From an uncultured Rhodoluna sp. (GTDB lineage: Bacteria > Actinomycetota > Actinomycetes > Actinomycetales > Microbacteriaceae), in assembly GCA_964456485.1 (NCBI GenBank), contig CAYVZV010000001.1, positions 1 through 53,924 on the forward strand: 53,924 nt of DNA. Direction: 5' to 3'. Made by a program: the position numbers and the translations under genes. Below the pieces are notes generated by a model. The model saw only the letters and a list, made by a program, of their open reading frames with translations. It was not told the origin of the DNA and searched no databases. How positions within the stretch are numbered: the stretch's first letter is position 1; every line of letters starts with the position of its first letter. Positions 50,512-53,924 of this stretch are shown in pieces.

Positions 50512-52371
50512 TTACGGCAACTGGTTTAGCTGGTCCAAGATTTGCTTTGCCATGACTGGACCGATTCCCGCGACATCAGAGATCTCCTCCAAAGTGGCAA
50601 GTTTTAGACGTTTGGCAGAGCCGAAACGACGCAGCAAGGCTGTGACGCGTTTCTCACCAAGTCCAGGAATCTCTAGCAAAGAACTAGAAATACCGCTCGA
50701 GCGCTTCTTTCTCGATGCGGTAAGTGCAAAACGGTGGGATTCATCTCTAATGCGCTGGAGTAGAAACAGCTCCTCAGAACCTCTTGGCAGAATCACTGGA
50801 AAATCTGAACCCGGGAGCCACACTTCTTCGAGTCGCTTGGCCAAGCCGCACATCGCAAGTTCTGGCACGGGTGATTCGGCAATGGCCTTTCTCGCTGCGC
50901 CAACTTGCGGAACACCACCGTCCACGACAATCAATGATGGCAGGTAGCTAAAGCGACCATCATCAAGAGCCTCTGGGTCTCTAAGGTATTTCAGGCGACG
51001 CGAAAGAACTTGATAGATAGCGTCAGTATCATCTGTTGCTTGCTCGATGTTGAATTGCCGATACTGAGACTTCTTTGGAAGTCCATCCTCGAACACAACC
51101 ATAGATGCAACAATGTCTGTTCCTGAAAGGTGCGATACGTCGTAGCACTCGATTCTCAATGGGGCTTCGGGAAGAGACAGTGCCTTAGCTAAAGCGGATA
51201 AGGACTCAGATCGCGCACTGAAATCTGAGGTTCTGCGCATCTTGTAAAGGGAAAGGGCATGCTCAGCGTTCTCGAGCGCGGTCGAAGCAAGGGCCGCTTT
51301 ATCGCCACGCTTTGGAACTCGAAGCGAGACTGAGCTACCTCTAGACTGCTCGAGGAATTGCTCGAGTTCGGAAGAGTCTTCAGGTAGCGCAGGTACGAGA
51401 ATCTCTTTCGGTACAGATGGCGCTTCAACTCCTTCGGTTGAAGAGTAAGCGAACAGAATTATTTGCCGAACAAGCTCTTCCAGGGACTGCTCAAGCTCCT
51501 TGTCGACGACCCACGACCTTACTCCCCTGATTCGACCGCCTCGGACTGAAAAAAGCGAAACCGCACCCGCCAACTCGTCGTGAGCCACTCCAAAGAGATC
51601 TGCATCTGTGAGGTCACTGAAAACCACAGTGCTTTTCTCAAGCACAGTTTCCAGAGCTCCGATGTTGTCACGAAGACGAGCAGCAAGCTCGTAGTTCTGC
51701 GCTTCAGAGGCTCGTTCCATGCGTTCCTGCAAGATTTCGACCTGCTTAGGATCCATGCCGCTCATGAAATTAACAAGTTCCTTTGCGGTTGAAAGATGCT
51801 CGTCCTGGTTTACTCTTCCTACGCAGGGAGCCGAACACTTACCGATGTCGGCTAAGAGACATGGTCGATTTGCTCTCTTTGCTGCGTTGAAAACCCCTGT
51901 TGAACATGACCGAATTGGATAAACCCTAAGCAAAGTATCTAGTGTCTGTCTAATTGCCCACGCTTGTGTGTACGGTCCGAAGTACTTAACTCCCTTGAGG
52001 TCTCTATTGCGGGTGATAAAGACTCTCGGCAATTTGTCGGACAGCGAAACCGCTAGATAGGGGTAAGACTTGTCATCTTTGAAGCGGATGTTGAATGGAG
52101 GATTAAACTCCTTGATCCAGGTGTATTCCAACTGAAGAGCTTCAAACTCGGTCTTTACAATTGTCCAGTCAACATCGGCTGCGGAGAGCACCATGCGTCT
52201 GGTTCGCTCGTGTAGTGAATCAACAGGCGCAAAGTAACTCTGAAGTCGCGCCCTAAGATTCTTAGCCTTGCCTACGTATAAAACACGTCGCTTCTCATCG
52301 TAGAAACGATAAACGCCAGGACGAGTTGGTATTTCTGATGTCTTCGGCCGAAAAGACAGGTCGTTGGCCAT
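50512..52371 (-). CDS. uvrC: Excinuclease ABC subunit C
   Basis: GIY-YIG domain (PGVYRF...YVGKAKNLR), [29 protein letters not shown], HhH tail. Confidence 0.96.
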   Translation of the reverse strand: MANDLSFRPKTSEIPTRPGVYRFYDEKRRVLYVGKAKNLRARLQSYFAPVDSLHERTRRMVLSAADVDWTIVKTEFEALQLEYTWIKEFNPPFNIRFKDDKSYPYLAVSLSDKLPRVFITRNRDLKGVKYFGPYTQAWAIRQTLDTLLRVYPIRSCSTGVFNAAKRANRPCLLADIGKCSAPCVGRVNQDEHLSTAKELVNFMSGMDPKQVEILQERMERASEAQNYELAARLRDNIGALETVLEKSTVVFSDLTDADLFGVAHDELAGAVSLFSVRGGRIRGVRSWVVDKELEQSLEELVRQIILFAYSSTEGVEAPSVPKEILVPALPEDSSELEQFLEQSRGSSVSLRVPKRGDKAALASTALENAEHALSLYKMRRTSDFSARSESLSALAKALSLPEAPLRIECYDVSHLSGTDIVASMVVFEDGLPKKSQYRQFNIEQATDDTDAIYQVLSRRLKYLRDPEALDDGRFSYLPSLIVVDGGVPQVGAARKAIAESPVPELAMCGLAKRLEEVWLPGSDFPVILPRGSEELFLLQRIRDESHRFALTASRKKRSSGISSSLLEIPGLGEKRVTALLRRFGSAKRLKLATLEEISDVAGIGPVMAKQILDQLNQLP

Positions 52372-53924
52372 CTACTTCAGAATCTCCTTGAGGAATGCTC
52401 CAGTAAAACTCGCCTTGTTCTTGGCAACTTGTTCTGGAGTGCCTTCTGCAACTAACTCTCCTCCGCGGAAACCACCCTCTGGACCAAGATCAAGAAGCCA
52501 GTCAGCAGATTTGATTACATCTAGGTTGTGCTCGATGACGATTACGGTGTTGCCCTTATCAACCAGAGAGTTGAGTACTAGAAGCAGCTTTCTCACGTCC
52601 TCGAAGTGAAGTCCAGTTGTTGGCTCATCTAGTACGTACACAGTTTTACCTGTCGAGCGTCGCTGCAACTCTGTGGCTAACTTGACTCGCTGAGCCTCAC
52701 CACCGGAGAGCGTGGTAGCGGACTGTCCAAGTCGGACATAACCCAAGCCAACATCAACCAGAGTCGTTAGGTACCTAGAGATGGACGAGATTGCCTCAAA
52801 GAACTGTGCTGCTTCTTCAATCGGCATCTCAAGCACTTCGGAAATGGATTTCCCCTTGTACTTAACTTGGAGAGTCTCTCGGTTGTACCTCGCCCCATGG
52901 CAGGTTTCACAAGAGACGTAAACGTCCGGGAGGAAGTTCATCTCGATCTTTAGAGTCCCGTCGCCACTACAGGCCTCACAGCGGCCACCCTTGACGTTGA
53001 ATGAGAATCTTCCCTGCTGATATCCCCTTGCCTTCGACTCAGAAGTCTCGGCAAACAGCTTTCTGATGTGGTCAAAAACTCCAGTGTAGGTTGCTGGATT
53101 TGAACGCGGAGTTCGTCCAATTGGGTTCTGATCTACGTGTACAACCTTGTCCAGTTGCGAGAGCCCTGTGATCCTGGTGTGCTTGCCGGCAACGAGCTTC
53201 GCCCCGTTGAGCGAGTTGGCAAGCACGTTGTAAAGGATGTCGTTCACCAACGTGGACTTGCCTGAACCGCTAACACCGGTCACCGCAATGAATGTACCAA
53301 GCGGGAAATTTACTGTCAGATTCTTTAGGTTGTTGGCCTTTGCTCCGACAACGGAAATAATGCGTTTTGGATCAATAGGGCGACGAGATTTGGGTATTGC
53401 AATGCTTCTTCTACCTGAGAGGTAATCGCCCGTCACTGATTCTTTATTCGCAAGTAGCTGTTTGTAGGTTCCTGAATGAACGACTCGGCCTCCATTGATA
53501 CCGGCCCCAGGGCCAATGTCTACAACCCAGTCCGAAGTTCTGATGGTGTCTTCATCGTGCTCAACAACCACGAGAGTATTTCCTAGTTCGCGCAACTTAA
53601 TCAAGGTGTCAATGAGTCGTCTATTGTCCCTCTGATGCAATCCAATGGATGGCTCATCTAGCACGTAAAGAACTCCAGTGAGTCCAGATCCAATTTGAGT
53701 AGCAAGACGGATACGCTGCGCTTCGCCACCGGAAAGCGAGCCAGCTGCACGTTCTAAAGAGAGATAGTCCAGACCTACCGACATAAGAAAATCGAGCCGA
53801 GCGCGAATCTCTCTTAGAACTTGCGCTGAAATCTTTTCATCACGTTTTCCAAGCTTCAGTTTCGCGAAAAAATCTACGCACTCTCCGAGGCTCATGGCGG
53901 CAACAGCTGCTATTGACGTATTGG
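52372..53924 (-). CDS. uvrA: Excinuclease ABC subunit A, 3' part; 5' end outside window
   Basis: [26 protein letters not shown], Zn finger [17 protein letters not shown]. The frame stays open to the window end. Confidence 0.96.
   Translation of the reverse strand, partial: NTSIAAVAAMSLGECVDFFAKLKLGKRDEKISAQVLREIRARLDFLMSVGLDYLSLERAAGSLSGGEAQRIRLATQIGSGLTGVLYVLDEPSIGLHQRDNRRLIDTLIKLRELGNTLVVVEHDEDTIRTSDWVVDIGPGAGINGGRVVHSGTYKQLLANKESVTGDYLSGRRSIAIPKSRRPIDPKRIISVVGAKANNLKNLTVNFPLGTFIAVTGVSGSGKSTLVNDILYNVLANSLNGAKLVAGKHTRITGLSQLDKVVHVDQNPIGRTPRSNPATYTGVFDHIRKLFAETSESKARGYQQGRFSFNVKGGRCEACSGDGTLKIEMNFLPDVYVSCETCHGARYNRETLQVKYKGKSISEVLEMPIEEAAQFFEAISSISRYLTTLVDVGLGYVRLGQSATTLSGGEAQRVKLATELQRRSTGKTVYVLDEPTTGLHFEDVRKLLLVLNSLVDKGNTVIVIEHNLDVIKSADWLLDLGPEGGFRGGELVAEGTPEQVAKNKASFTGAFLKEILK

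Overview
Gene-dense chromosomal core region of an actinobacterium. Gene order and protein sequences point to Microbacteriaceae, and the roughly 50% GC (judged by eye) with tiny intergenic spaces suggests a streamlined freshwater Luna-type lineage (Aquiluna/Rhodoluna-like; inference). In order it carries ppm1 (partial)-lnt-helY-tatC-tatA-pafC-pafB-FKBP-trmI, PAC2, uppP, tRNA-Leu(GAG), mgtE, an orphan adenine DNA methyltransferase, a sirtuin, rpmE2, glgA/glgC, serB, fabI/fabG, SURF1, ABC-F, bioY, a reduced suf operon, ctaA-photolyase/ctaB, tkt-tal-pgi-zwf-opcA-pgl, rbpA-secG, tpiA-pgk-gap, sodA, whiA-rapZ, uvrC and uvrA (partial). I saw no mobile element, CRISPR array or prophage. The most striking oddity is an RbpA (RNA polymerase/sigma-binding activator) fused in frame to a ~105-residue Lys/Ala/Pro-rich, histone H1/HupB-like tail. 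Other observations: the Pup-proteasome genes are missing from their usual locus while pafBC and PAC2 remain; a photolyase abuts heme A synthase; many genes appear leaderless; and most divergent gene pairs share a back-to-back -10 element (ANNNTANNNT).
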